Shown here: piece after piece, positions 33,666-42,701 of the stretch
Position numbering within the stretch: the stretch's first letter is position 1
Layout of the letters: each line of letters starts with the position of its first letter
Virus record (IMG/VR): IMGVR_UViG_3300033475_000035
Source: a virus
Strand: one strand, 5' to 3'
DNA: 50,910 bases
The notes under the pieces: model-generated
What the model saw: the letters and a program-made list of their open reading frames with translations, nothing else
The model's database searches: none
Told to the model about the DNA's origin: nothing
Made by a program: the position numbers and the translations under genes

Positions 33666-34783
33666 TCACAGCAGAAGTCAATGGGCAGACCTATGAAGGG
33701 TTTATGGACTACTCACTTACGTGCTCCATTGAAGAAGTCAGTGGAAGCTTTATGCTCACATCCTCGATATTACCAGGTAATGTATTTCCTATTCGCGTCC
33801 AAGATAGAATTACTATTTATGTGGATAATACGCCACGTCTTATAGGATATGTTGATGCTATCGAAATTTCTTATGATACAAATAACCATTATATATCCAT
33901 ATCAGGTCGCGATAAGACATGTGATTTAATTGATAGTACTTTAGGTGCGAATGTAACATTTAATTCACCAATAACCATAGAGCAAGTTGCGCGGTCCATA
34001 TTAAACACTATTGGGTTAACTGATGTTCGGGTCATCAATACAGTTAATGTTGCTCCATTTACTCAAGCTGAAGTGGTTAATGCAGAGGTTGGGCAAAGTG
34101 GTTTTGATGTTATTGAGCAGTATTGTCGCAAAAGACAGATATTGGCAACAACTGATGGGGCGGGGAATTTATTATTAACCCAATCAAGCAATAATACTAT
34201 TAAAACGATTCTTTTTAATCGGGTATTAAATGGATGCAATATTTTACAAGCAAGTGTAAGTTATAATTGGCAACAAAGATATAATAAATATGTTTGTCAT
34301 TCGCAAGGAAACGACAGTGTTTTAGGCTTCCCTGGCGCAGAAGAGCTACCAGATTCTGAGGGGTTCTCTGGAAGTCCATCATACGATAGTGCTGTAAGAA
34401 ATACTCGACAATACAATTTTATTGCTGAATCCTCATCAAATTCCGATGAATGTCAATTAAGGGCTAGATGGCAAAGAGATTGGAATAAAACTCAATCTTT
34501 TCGATATTTTGCTACTGTTCAAGGTCATACGGCACTCCTAGATAACATAGTTTGGACACCTAATTTGTTGGTTACTGTTATTGATGAATTTGCTGATATT
34601 AATGCGCAGTTATTAACTTCACGTGTAACGTACACCGAGACCTTAAACGGCCCAACGACAACCATAGAATTTGTGGACAGAAACTCATACAAGCTTCAAT
34701 CAGAGCAAGAGCAACGCGATACCGAATCACAAACCAATCAAGAAGGTGACGCAATAATACGTCTGCCGGGGATAGACACATGA
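33662..34783 (+). CDS. Baseplate hub protein (Mu gp44 / P2 gpD-like)
   Basis: Synteny within a Mu gp43-48-like block. ISISGRDKTCDLID motif. Confidence 0.75.
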   Translation: MITAEVNGQTYEGFMDYSLTCSIEEVSGSFMLTSSILPGNVFPIRVQDRITIYVDNTPRLIGYVDAIEISYDTNNHYISISGRDKTCDLIDSTLGANVTFNSPITIEQVARSILNTIGLTDVRVINTVNVAPFTQAEVVNAEVGQSGFDVIEQYCRKRQILATTDGAGNLLLTQSSNNTIKTILFNRVLNGCNILQASVSYNWQQRYNKYVCHSQGNDSVLGFPGAEELPDSEGFSGSPSYDSAVRNTRQYNFIAESSSNSDECQLRARWQRDWNKTQSFRYFATVQGHTALLDNIVWTPNLLVTVIDEFADINAQLLTSRVTYTETLNGPTTTIEFVDRNSYKLQSEQEQRDTESQTNQEGDAIIRLPGIDT

Positions 34784-35307
34784 TTAGGTTCATTCGAAAT
34801 TTAATAAAAAGAGGGGTGGTGACTATAAACGTTCCTGACTCAGGTGAGCGTCCGGTTGCTCAGGTTAAATACTTTGGGAATGCAGCCACTATTGAAGCGA
34901 TTTACCCCTATGGGTTCTGCGCAAGTGCGCCGGTTGGTTCAAAGGTAGTTATGTTCAACGTCAATGGACAAGAAGAGAATCGGGTAGGAATTATATATTC
35001 TCCGCAAAATCGATTCTCCGAATTGTCACCAGGTGAAGTTGCCGTTGGTAACCAGGTTACGCAGAGCTATATCAAGTTTGATGATGAAGGGAACATCGAA
35101 ATCATTTCGACATCGGATTTAAATGTGACGGTTACGGGGAATGTGAATCTCTCGGTACAGGGGAATGTGAACGTAACAGCAACTACAACCACTATTAATG
35201 GCGATGTGAATTTAGGTGGAGAGGGTGGCCAGGGGGTGGCACGAATTGGTGATAGCGTGGTTGATGGCGTTATTACAACAGGTTCTACGAGGGTGAAATC
35301 ATTATGA
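34780..35307 (+). CDS. Baseplate spike / assembly protein V (Mu gp45-like)
   Basis: Synteny, size, and the C-terminal beta-helix-like VTVTGNVNLSVQGNVNVTATT. Confidence 0.75.
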   Translation: MIRFIRNLIKRGVVTINVPDSGERPVAQVKYFGNAATIEAIYPYGFCASAPVGSKVVMFNVNGQEENRVGIIYSPQNRFSELSPGEVAVGNQVTQSYIKFDDEGNIEIISTSDLNVTVTGNVNLSVQGNVNVTATTTTINGDVNLGGEGGQGVARIGDSVVDGVITTGSTRVKSL

Positions 35308-35813
35308 GTATTAATCCAACTGATATTGCTTTGTCATTTAATCCAGAGATTGGGTTATACGATATATCCATCGTTAATGATGAGGATATTAATGTATTAG
35401 ATACACAGCCCTTGAAGGGTGATTTATCTCCCGAGTACGGGTTTTATACTTCATTATTAATATCAACTTTCTGTGAAAGACGTGCGGACAGCACTGAAGT
35501 ATCTCCGCCTCAGCAGCGGCGAGGCTGGTGGGGCAATCTATTTGCATTTGTTACGGGGTATGAAATTGGTAGTAAATTATGGATTTTATCTCAAGCACGC
35601 AACACTCCTTTAACATTAACTCGAGCCATTAATTATCTACAAACGGCGTTTCAGTGGTACATAGATGATAAGCATTTGAAACGTGTTAATGTTACGGGTG
35701 TTCAAACAGATTTTGGAATTATTCTGGATGTTCAGCTCTTGAGATTTGATAATCAGGTGATCAACATTTCGTACAATTTATGGGAAAACACGATAACAGT
35801 ACTGGGTTTATAA
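35304..35813 (+). CDS. Mu gp46-family baseplate protein
   Basis: RRGWWGN...GSKLWILSQARNT is the GP46 family pattern. Confidence 0.85.
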   Translation: MSINPTDIALSFNPEIGLYDISIVNDEDINVLDTQPLKGDLSPEYGFYTSLLISTFCERRADSTEVSPPQQRRGWWGNLFAFVTGYEIGSKLWILSQARNTPLTLTRAINYLQTAFQWYIDDKHLKRVNVTGVQTDFGIILDVQLLRFDNQVINISYNLWENTITVLGL

Positions 35814-37130
35814 ATGCCAATTTTATTTGATACATCTCTACAAGCCATTATTGCACGCACCCAAAGTGATGTGTATAACAATCTACCGGGTTCCAATCCC
35901 TATTTACGTGCGTCATTTTTAAATGCATTGGTTGTTAGTTATGCGGGGCGAGTTTCAGATTTTTATTTGCAAGGAAAGCAGCTTGAAAAAGAGCTTTTCA
36001 TGGACACCGCGTCTCAAGACTTTCTCGAAACTAGATGGGCCTCTTATAAGAATATAAAGCCATTGCCTGCATCTCAGGCCGCTGGATTTATAACCGTTTC
36101 AGGAACTGAAGGTGTCGTTATTCCATTGAATACCCTTTTCCAATCATCACAGAATATCCAGTATCAGACTCTACAAGAAACGGTTATCGAGGAAATTGAT
36201 TACAATGCTGTATCGATGATACGAGATGGAGAGACAGTTGCGGTTGTCGTGGATGGCGAACACAATCTTGCTAATAATTCGGTAGTGACAATAAGTGGTG
36301 CAGATCAACCCGAATATAATATCACCACCATTATAGAGGTTACTGGGGTAAGCTCTTTTCAATTTCAAATTAATACTACTCCTGTGAGTCCTGCAACGGG
36401 TGATATTAAGATAACCTCGGTTTTTGCAAGCCCAAAAGTGGAATCCCTAACGTTTGGAATAAATACTAATCTTCAAGCAGGCGCTCCTTTAAGTATTCTT
36501 TCACAAATCCCAGGTGTAAATAATACAGCTTATGTTCAATTTTCTCAGGTTTCTGGTGGTGCTGATGTTGAGTCATATCCTTCATTCCGTCAGCGAGTTA
36601 TCGAGGCTTACTATAATCCTGAGGCCCAATTTAATGCAGCAAATATTGAGGCGACGGCTAAAGATGTGCCGGGTGTAACAAGGGTTTGGGTAGAACCTAC
36701 TACTCCTGAGCCTGGTCAGGTCACTGTTTATTTCGTTGAGGATAATAACGAATCTATTATGCCTTCTGCTCAAGATATAGAAAATGTAAAGCAGGCATTA
36801 GTAGAGATAGCGCCATCAAATACCTATCCAGGCGATATTTTCGTTAATGATCCACTTAGTCCTCTTCCAGTTGATTTTACGTTTACAACGCTTTCCCCTA
36901 ATACCACTTCTATGCAAGAAGCTATTACGGCTAATTTAAGAGATTATTTCACCACTAGAAATGCTCCTGGTGTGGATATACCTGCTTATGCATATGAAGC
37001 GGTTATTTATCAGACGATAGATACATTGACGGGGCAATTTGTTGAAACATTTACCTTGTCAGAACCATCCGGTGATATTGAGGTTGATACGGGATATATA
37101 GCTGTACTGGGGAGTATTTTATTCCCATGA
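35814..37130 (+). CDS. Baseplate J-like wedge protein (Mu gp47-like) with an inserted module
   Basis: Synteny, with an N-terminal pattern and QAAGFITVSGTEGVVIPLNTLF typical of Baseplate_J. The insert is at aa 139-200. Confidence 0.85.
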   Translation: MPILFDTSLQAIIARTQSDVYNNLPGSNPYLRASFLNALVVSYAGRVSDFYLQGKQLEKELFMDTASQDFLETRWASYKNIKPLPASQAAGFITVSGTEGVVIPLNTLFQSSQNIQYQTLQETVIEEIDYNAVSMIRDGETVAVVVDGEHNLANNSVVTISGADQPEYNITTIIEVTGVSSFQFQINTTPVSPATGDIKITSVFASPKVESLTFGINTNLQAGAPLSILSQIPGVNNTAYVQFSQVSGGADVESYPSFRQRVIEAYYNPEAQFNAANIEATAKDVPGVTRVWVEPTTPEPGQVTVYFVEDNNESIMPSAQDIENVKQALVEIAPSNTYPGDIFVNDPLSPLPVDFTFTTLSPNTTSMQEAITANLRDYFTTRNAPGVDIPAYAYEAVIYQTIDTLTGQFVETFTLSEPSGDIEVDTGYIAVLGSILFP

Positions 37131-37798
37131 GCAACCAAACATATTTCGAAGTGTCTACGCAAGATGAATTTGCGACGTCATTATCACAGTACATGCCTGG
37201 TGGGTCTGCATTTGATGCAAAAAATCATTTACAATCTAGAATGCGAAAACTGCTGAATGGTTTATCCGGCGAAGGTATTAGAGCTGAGCAATATATTAAG
37301 GATATTGCGGATAATCATAATATCAATGAAACCGTGGATTATATTGAGGAGTGGGAAAGCTGTGTTGGAATTCCTGATAGTTGCTTCCCTGGTCAAGGAA
37401 CAATAGAAGAGCGAAGAAGAGACGTTATTACAAAATTAGCTCGTATGAATATCAGTACGAGAGAAGAGCTTATAGCATTAGCCGCTGAGTACGGCTACAC
37501 GATTAGAATTTACTCAGCTATAGAATTATCAGTTTTCCCCATGGAATTCCCCTATCATTTTACGGGGGATGGGAAAACCAATAGATTTACAATTTATGTA
37601 GAATTTTCCGAGGTAGATTCGGAGTATATTTTCCCCGTGACATTTCCGTGGAAATTTGCTCCATCCTCTCTAAACATTGTTCAGTGCATGTTCAATAAGA
37701 TCGTGGCTGCCAATGTTCGAATTATTTATGTTTTTGCTGGCGACAAACCTCCTCCTCAATTAAGGGGATTCCCTGTCGCTTTTCCATGGTCATTTTAA
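37127..37798 (+). CDS. Mu gp48-like (DUF2313) baseplate/tail protein
   Basis: YMPGGSAFDAK....LLNGLSGE......IEEWESCVGIP. Confidence 0.8.
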   Translation: MSNQTYFEVSTQDEFATSLSQYMPGGSAFDAKNHLQSRMRKLLNGLSGEGIRAEQYIKDIADNHNINETVDYIEEWESCVGIPDSCFPGQGTIEERRRDVITKLARMNISTREELIALAAEYGYTIRIYSAIELSVFPMEFPYHFTGDGKTNRFTIYVEFSEVDSEYIFPVTFPWKFAPSSLNIVQCMFNKIVAANVRIIYVFAGDKPPPQLRGFPVAFPWSF

Positions 37799-37808
37799 AG
37801 GTGAATAA

Positions 37809-39053
37809 ATGCAAATAATTCCAACGATGATAGATTATCAAACATCTTTATCGGCAACTTATTTTAATCAAATTCCTCTGGAAGAAACCAATTTTATTTC
37901 TTCTGCGGGGATAACTCCATCTTCTAGCGATTTAAACCAGCTAGGCAAAGCTTCTGCGAACTATGCTGCTGCTGGTGCTTATTATTTAGATAGTGGTGCT
38001 GCAAACGTTTATATCTTAAATCCAGTCTCCGGCGGTGGTTTGAATATGCGTGGGGTAACCAGATATTTTACTGGAGCGCTTTACAGATTTATTGCCTCCC
38101 ATACAAACACAGGGGCTTCTACAGCAAATATAAATGGATTGGGATTAAGAGAAATTCGCTTACCTAATGGAGCTAATATTGCTCCTGGTGATTTACAGTT
38201 GGGTAAGGTGGCGTTATTAACTGATAACGGCACTACTTTGGTTTTATTAAATGGTCAGGTTTCCTTGACTACCCCCTGGAACCAGGGCTATCAATATAAA
38301 TGCTATGTCAATAGTAATGCGGGAAGTCCTGATAATTTAGTAGATTTTTCAGCCGGTAAGGTTCGTGATCAGGACAATATTGCCAACATTACATTGGCAG
38401 CTGATATTACTAAAGATATTTCGGTAGCCTGGATAGCAGGTAATAATAATGGTGGATTGCCAAGCAATTTGACTTTGTCCCCAAATACCACTTATGCATG
38501 CTTTGTAATTCAAGATGAAGATGGCAACGTAGATGCTGGTTTTGATACCGATTTTAGCGCAGCTAATTTACTCGTAACATCAGGATATATTTATTATAGA
38601 CGTCGTGGATATCTTCGTACTGATTCCTCTTCTAACATCATTGAATTCTTTCAAAGTGGCGATGAATTCTTCATAAAAGACATCAGTAGAACATTAACTA
38701 CATTTACTCCTACTGGTGCTCCTCAATTGGTTTCTGTAGTTGGAGTTCCAGAAGCGGAAGTTAAGGTTGATATTTATGGGTACTTTACGGGAATTTCTAC
38801 CACTGACGAGGTTAACGCTGCAAACTTATATAGCCCAAGCTGTTCCACTCCTCCCGGCCCAGATAGGGGTGAAGGATATTCTCACTTTTCTGAAGTTATT
38901 ACGTTGTTAACGGTTGATTACTCACAAACTGCGAAATCCACTGTATATAAAATATTGACCAATTCATCAGGTCAGATTTATGCAGATACAGCAACTACCA
39001 CAGGAACTGGAAATTTATTGTTCATTTCATGGACTGATGAGAGGAATGATTAA
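37809..39053 (+). CDS. Tail fibre protein, short paralogue (1 repeat unit)
   Basis: Shares its N-terminus (M.I.PTMIDY.T.LSA...NQ.PLE.TNFISS) and C-terminal region (GYQYK...NVDAGFD...YRRRG) with 39056-41212. Confidence 0.75.
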   Translation: MQIIPTMIDYQTSLSATYFNQIPLEETNFISSAGITPSSSDLNQLGKASANYAAAGAYYLDSGAANVYILNPVSGGGLNMRGVTRYFTGALYRFIASHTNTGASTANINGLGLREIRLPNGANIAPGDLQLGKVALLTDNGTTLVLLNGQVSLTTPWNQGYQYKCYVNSNAGSPDNLVDFSAGKVRDQDNIANITLAADITKDISVAWIAGNNNGGLPSNLTLSPNTTYACFVIQDEDGNVDAGFDTDFSAANLLVTSGYIYYRRRGYLRTDSSSNIIEFFQSGDEFFIKDISRTLTTFTPTGAPQLVSVVGVPEAEVKVDIYGYFTGISTTDEVNAANLYSPSCSTPPGPDRGEGYSHFSEVITLLTVDYSQTAKSTVYKILTNSSGQIYADTATTTGTGNLLFISWTDERND

Positions 39054-39055
39054 TC

Positions 39056-41212
39056 ATGGAAATTTTCCCAACGATGATTGATTATGAAACCTTTCTAAGT
39101 GCTATTCAGTATAATCAATCCCCCCTTGAACAAACTAATTTTATTTCCTCAACTGGGCAGTTACCGTCGGCTGATGATTTAAATCAAACTAGTAAATCAG
39201 CTGCTAACTATGCATCAGCAGGGGATTATTATATAGATTCTGGTATTGCAGATAGTTATATTCTACTTCCTTTCACGACTACAGGCATAAATTTCTTTGG
39301 TATTACGCAATATTTCACAGGCGCCAGATTTCGTTTCAAACCTTTGCATAATAATACGGGTGCGTGCAGTGCTTCTATAAACGGCTTATCTCCGAAATTG
39401 ATTAAATTAAAGAGCGGTTCAGATCCGGTTGCTGGAGACTTATCTAACACTGAGTTTTATGAGCTAACATACGATGGTACTAACCTAATATTAGACAACC
39501 CATCTATTAGCTCAGGAAAGAGTGTATCTAATTATGTGGCTGGCGCTGATTACTATAATGAGACTGGAGCAGCGAATGCTTATGTTCTAACGCATTTAAC
39601 ATCACCTCTTAATTTTGAGCCAATTACTCAATATTTCACTGGTTGTCGCGTAAGATTTACACCGACGCATGCAAATACAGGAGCCTCTACAGTTAATGTG
39701 AATGGTCTTGGGGTGAAGAGTATTAAGCTGCCCTCTCTTGGTGATCCAAAAGCTGGAGACATTCCTGCTATTACACAAACAGAATTAGTTTATGATGGCA
39801 CTTATTTCATTCTGCAAAATCCATCAACTACTGACAGAATAGTAATTGCTGATTATTCATCATCTGGTGATTTTTACATCGATAGTGGGACAGCAGATGA
39901 TTATATTTTATCGCCAAAAGATGGATATGAAGGAATATCAGCTTATATTGAAGGGTGTCGAGTAAGATTTATTCCTGGAAATGATAATACAGGTGCGTGC
40001 ACCATTAATGTTAATGGGCATGGTCCTGTTAACGTTAAGTTAAATGGTGGTTCTGATCCAAAAGCGGGTGATATACCTTCAGGGATAGAGACGACTGTTG
40101 TTTATACTGGATCTGTTTTTATTATTGAAAATCCACCGGTAACCGATAATATTAATGTGTCTAATTATTCTTCCGCTGGTGACTTCTACGTAGATTCTGG
40201 CACCACAAACACCTATATACTTTCAGCGAGTAGTGGTTTTGAGCCGATGTCCAGTTATTTTATTGGTGGGCGAGTAAGATTTCTTCCCTTAGCAAGTAAT
40301 ACTGGAGCTTCTACTGTCAATGTTAATGGATTGGGAACAAAGAGCATTAAATTAGCAAATACTGCTGACCCAACTGCTCTTGATATTCTACGTGGTTCAG
40401 AATGTATTTTATATTATGACGGAGCTAATTTTGTATTAGTCAATCCGCTTGGCTCTAGCCAGAGCCCCTATCCAACTGGCTATCAATATAAAGCAAAAAT
40501 AGCGAGCAACGAAGCAGATCCAGATAACTATGTAGATTTTGACCCTGGAAATGTTAGAGATCAGAACGATTTGTACAATATTGTTCTTACAGATTTCATT
40601 ACTAAAAATATTTCTAGAAATTGGGAGCCTGGCAGCGGTAATGGTGGTATGGCTGGGGATTATGATGTGAACACGTGCTATGGATGCTTTCTTATTGCAG
40701 ATGGCGAAGGCAACGTAGATGCTGGTTTTGATGATAATTTTAATGCGGGAAATCTATTAGCTGCTTCTGGATATACATTTTATCGAAGAAGAGGCTTTGT
40801 TTTAACTGATTCTGCTGCCAGGGTTAGACGTTTCTATGTCACTGGAAATGATTTCTGGTTGGAAAAATTCACTGATACTATCGTTACTGCCCCTAACTCT
40901 TCTACACCAGCATTAATGGCAACCGTATCGCCACCAAAAGAAATGTTAGTTTATTTATTCCATTCCATTATAACGGGCTCGGGACTAAATACAGCAGCAA
41001 TATTATCTCCTTTATCTGAGCAGCCAACTATTAATACGGCCAGCTATTACACCGCTTATACGACAGTTCCTGACGGTGATGAGGATATGATATCTGCAAG
41101 ATTATCTGTTGTTACTAATGATGTGCCACAAGTATATCTTAAAGCTAATACAGCAGATGGTAGTGAAAGTTTGATTTATACAATGGGTTGGCATGACCCG
41201 CTAGAGGATTAA
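39056..41212 (+). CDS. Tail fibre protein, long paralogue (4 tandem repeat units)
   Basis: Same ends as 37809-39053, plus four units of about 105 aa. Confidence 0.75.
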   Translation: MEIFPTMIDYETFLSAIQYNQSPLEQTNFISSTGQLPSADDLNQTSKSAANYASAGDYYIDSGIADSYILLPFTTTGINFFGITQYFTGARFRFKPLHNNTGACSASINGLSPKLIKLKSGSDPVAGDLSNTEFYELTYDGTNLILDNPSISSGKSVSNYVAGADYYNETGAANAYVLTHLTSPLNFEPITQYFTGCRVRFTPTHANTGASTVNVNGLGVKSIKLPSLGDPKAGDIPAITQTELVYDGTYFILQNPSTTDRIVIADYSSSGDFYIDSGTADDYILSPKDGYEGISAYIEGCRVRFIPGNDNTGACTINVNGHGPVNVKLNGGSDPKAGDIPSGIETTVVYTGSVFIIENPPVTDNINVSNYSSAGDFYVDSGTTNTYILSASSGFEPMSSYFIGGRVRFLPLASNTGASTVNVNGLGTKSIKLANTADPTALDILRGSECILYYDGANFVLVNPLGSSQSPYPTGYQYKAKIASNEADPDNYVDFDPGNVRDQNDLYNIVLTDFITKNISRNWEPGSGNGGMAGDYDVNTCYGCFLIADGEGNVDAGFDDNFNAGNLLAASGYTFYRRRGFVLTDSAARVRRFYVTGNDFWLEKFTDTIVTAPNSSTPALMATVSPPKEMLVYLFHSIITGSGLNTAAILSPLSEQPTINTASYYTAYTTVPDGDEDMISARLSVVTNDVPQVYLKANTADGSESLIYTMGWHDPLED
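39203..40447 (+). repeat. Four tandem in-frame repeats of about 103-108 aa inside the tail fibre gene
   Basis: Each unit reads (A/S)NY.S(A/S)GD(Y/F)Y.DSG....YIL......F..I..YF.G.R.RF.P...NTGA.T.NVNGLG.K.IKL...DP.AGDI......YDG..F.L.NP. Confidence 0.8.
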
Positions 41213-41214
41213 AA

Positions 41215-41577
41215 ATGAGCATAGCATCACAATTTATTAACAATATAGTTCCACCTTTGACTGCACAAATTATTGTTTCTCAAAGTACAACTGTTTCTAC
41301 TCCAGTATTTTTATGCGGATTGACGGCAGTGAGCCTGGTTGTGCCACCAGATTTACAGAGCACATTGATTACATTCGAAAAAAGCTACGATGGTACTAAT
41401 TATTATCCCATTAGAGACAGCATAAGTAATATTGATGTTTCAGTGGCAAATGACGGCGTAGGTGCTGCTTATGACCTGGACGCTCGATATTTCATAGGAA
41501 CCCCTTGGATTAGATTAATCATGCAAACTGCTGAAATATCTAACAAGACGTTTTTAGTAGGTGCTTGGTCGTTATGA
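41215..41577 (+). CDS. Hypothetical protein in the fibre cluster
   Basis: ORF 2 nt after the fibre stop codon. Weak resemblance to 24453-24893. Confidence 0.6.
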   Translation: MSIASQFINNIVPPLTAQIIVSQSTTVSTPVFLCGLTAVSLVVPPDLQSTLITFEKSYDGTNYYPIRDSISNIDVSVANDGVGAAYDLDARYFIGTPWIRLIMQTAEISNKTFLVGAWSL

Positions 41578-41819
41578 TAAGGTACATGCGATATTATTTA
41601 TTAACAGGCGGTGATAGAGGTGTATTTCCTCCTATTGGAAATAACCTTATCGATGAAGATGGCAATAAATTAATCGATGAATTATCAAACGAATCAGTAG
41701 TTAATTATTTAATTCCAGAAGATGGGGGAACTCCTCCCATCCATGAACTTATAATTACCCAAGATACCCTTGAAGATATACTCGGGCAAGATGGCGAGCC
41801 CTTGGTTACGGAGCATTAA
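41574..41819 (+). CDS. Small acidic protein with LIDEDGNKLIDE-type repeats (fibre-associated)
   Basis: ATGA overlap start. Confidence 0.5.
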   Translation: MIRYMRYYLLTGGDRGVFPPIGNNLIDEDGNKLIDELSNESVVNYLIPEDGGTPPIHELIITQDTLEDILGQDGEPLVTEH

Positions 41820-41821
41820 AA

Positions 41822-42682
41822 ATGGCAAAGATGTTTAGTGATTTTACTGAAGAAAGTGGGGATTCCTTACAAGGTAGCGATTTCTTCGCTGGGTATCGTA
41901 GTGGTGTAAACAATATTCGATCAAGCGTTGATGCAATTCATCAATACTTATTTAATAACTTGCAAGGATTAAATGGTGTTACCTATCCAGCAACGTCTGG
42001 AGTATCAGGTAACATAATATCGAGTGATGGTGAGAATTTTAGCTCTGTTGCTCCTGATTCTTTGGGATTAGTAATGGGACCTGATTCAAGTGAAGACGGT
42101 GGCTTAGTCGTTTTTAGTGGAATATCGGGGAATAATATCGATGATGCACCAATTACAGCTACTGCAACCACACTTATTGGTTATTTAAACTCAGGTTCAC
42201 TGGGCAATATAAATTTAGGAGATAACCTATCACTAGATGATGACGGAAATTTAAATGCTGCTGGCGGTGGTGGTGGTGGAATTTCATATAATGCTGACGT
42301 TTTATTCTCTGGTCCATGGGCTACAAGTTTAGAGACAGCTATTTATTTATCAAAATCTGGCAATTGCGTCACCATGACATTAAATAATTTGCGCAGTCAA
42401 ATATCTGGAGCTACCAACCCATTTAGTATTGTTGGCTCCGCGGTCATCCCGTCGCAATATAGACCTCCCGTTACGATTTATGCTGACATTGTCCCAGTTC
42501 AAATTGACGCTATCGTTACTTTCCAAACCGGTAGAGTCGCAATTAATCCTTCAGGAACTATCACAATTAGCACGCGCACTGATGCGCCGCCTACATCACC
42601 TGTGAGTTTTTGGGATGGAACATCTGGGGTAACAGTTGTCGGTGCATATGCTTTTGGGTTGGCATGGGCAACGGAATCATAA
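41822..42682 (+). CDS. Tail fibre-like protein, short paralogue of 42702-45644
   Basis: Shared N-terminus FS.F......L.G.DFFAGYRSG..N.R and shared ...G.NL..D.DG.LNA.GGGGGGIS hinge. Confidence 0.65.
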   Translation: MAKMFSDFTEESGDSLQGSDFFAGYRSGVNNIRSSVDAIHQYLFNNLQGLNGVTYPATSGVSGNIISSDGENFSSVAPDSLGLVMGPDSSEDGGLVVFSGISGNNIDDAPITATATTLIGYLNSGSLGNINLGDNLSLDDDGNLNAAGGGGGGISYNADVLFSGPWATSLETAIYLSKSGNCVTMTLNNLRSQISGATNPFSIVGSAVIPSQYRPPVTIYADIVPVQIDAIVTFQTGRVAINPSGTITISTRTDAPPTSPVSFWDGTSGVTVVGAYAFGLAWATES

Positions 42683-42701
42683 TATTTTGGGGTGAAAGTA
42701 A

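Noticed and set aside
39203-40447. A CRISPR array or non-coding tandem repeat
   Set aside because: The periodicity is about 315 nt, it is in-frame inside a tail fibre ORF, and it is conserved at the protein level. No short repeat-spacer structure exists anywhere in the window.
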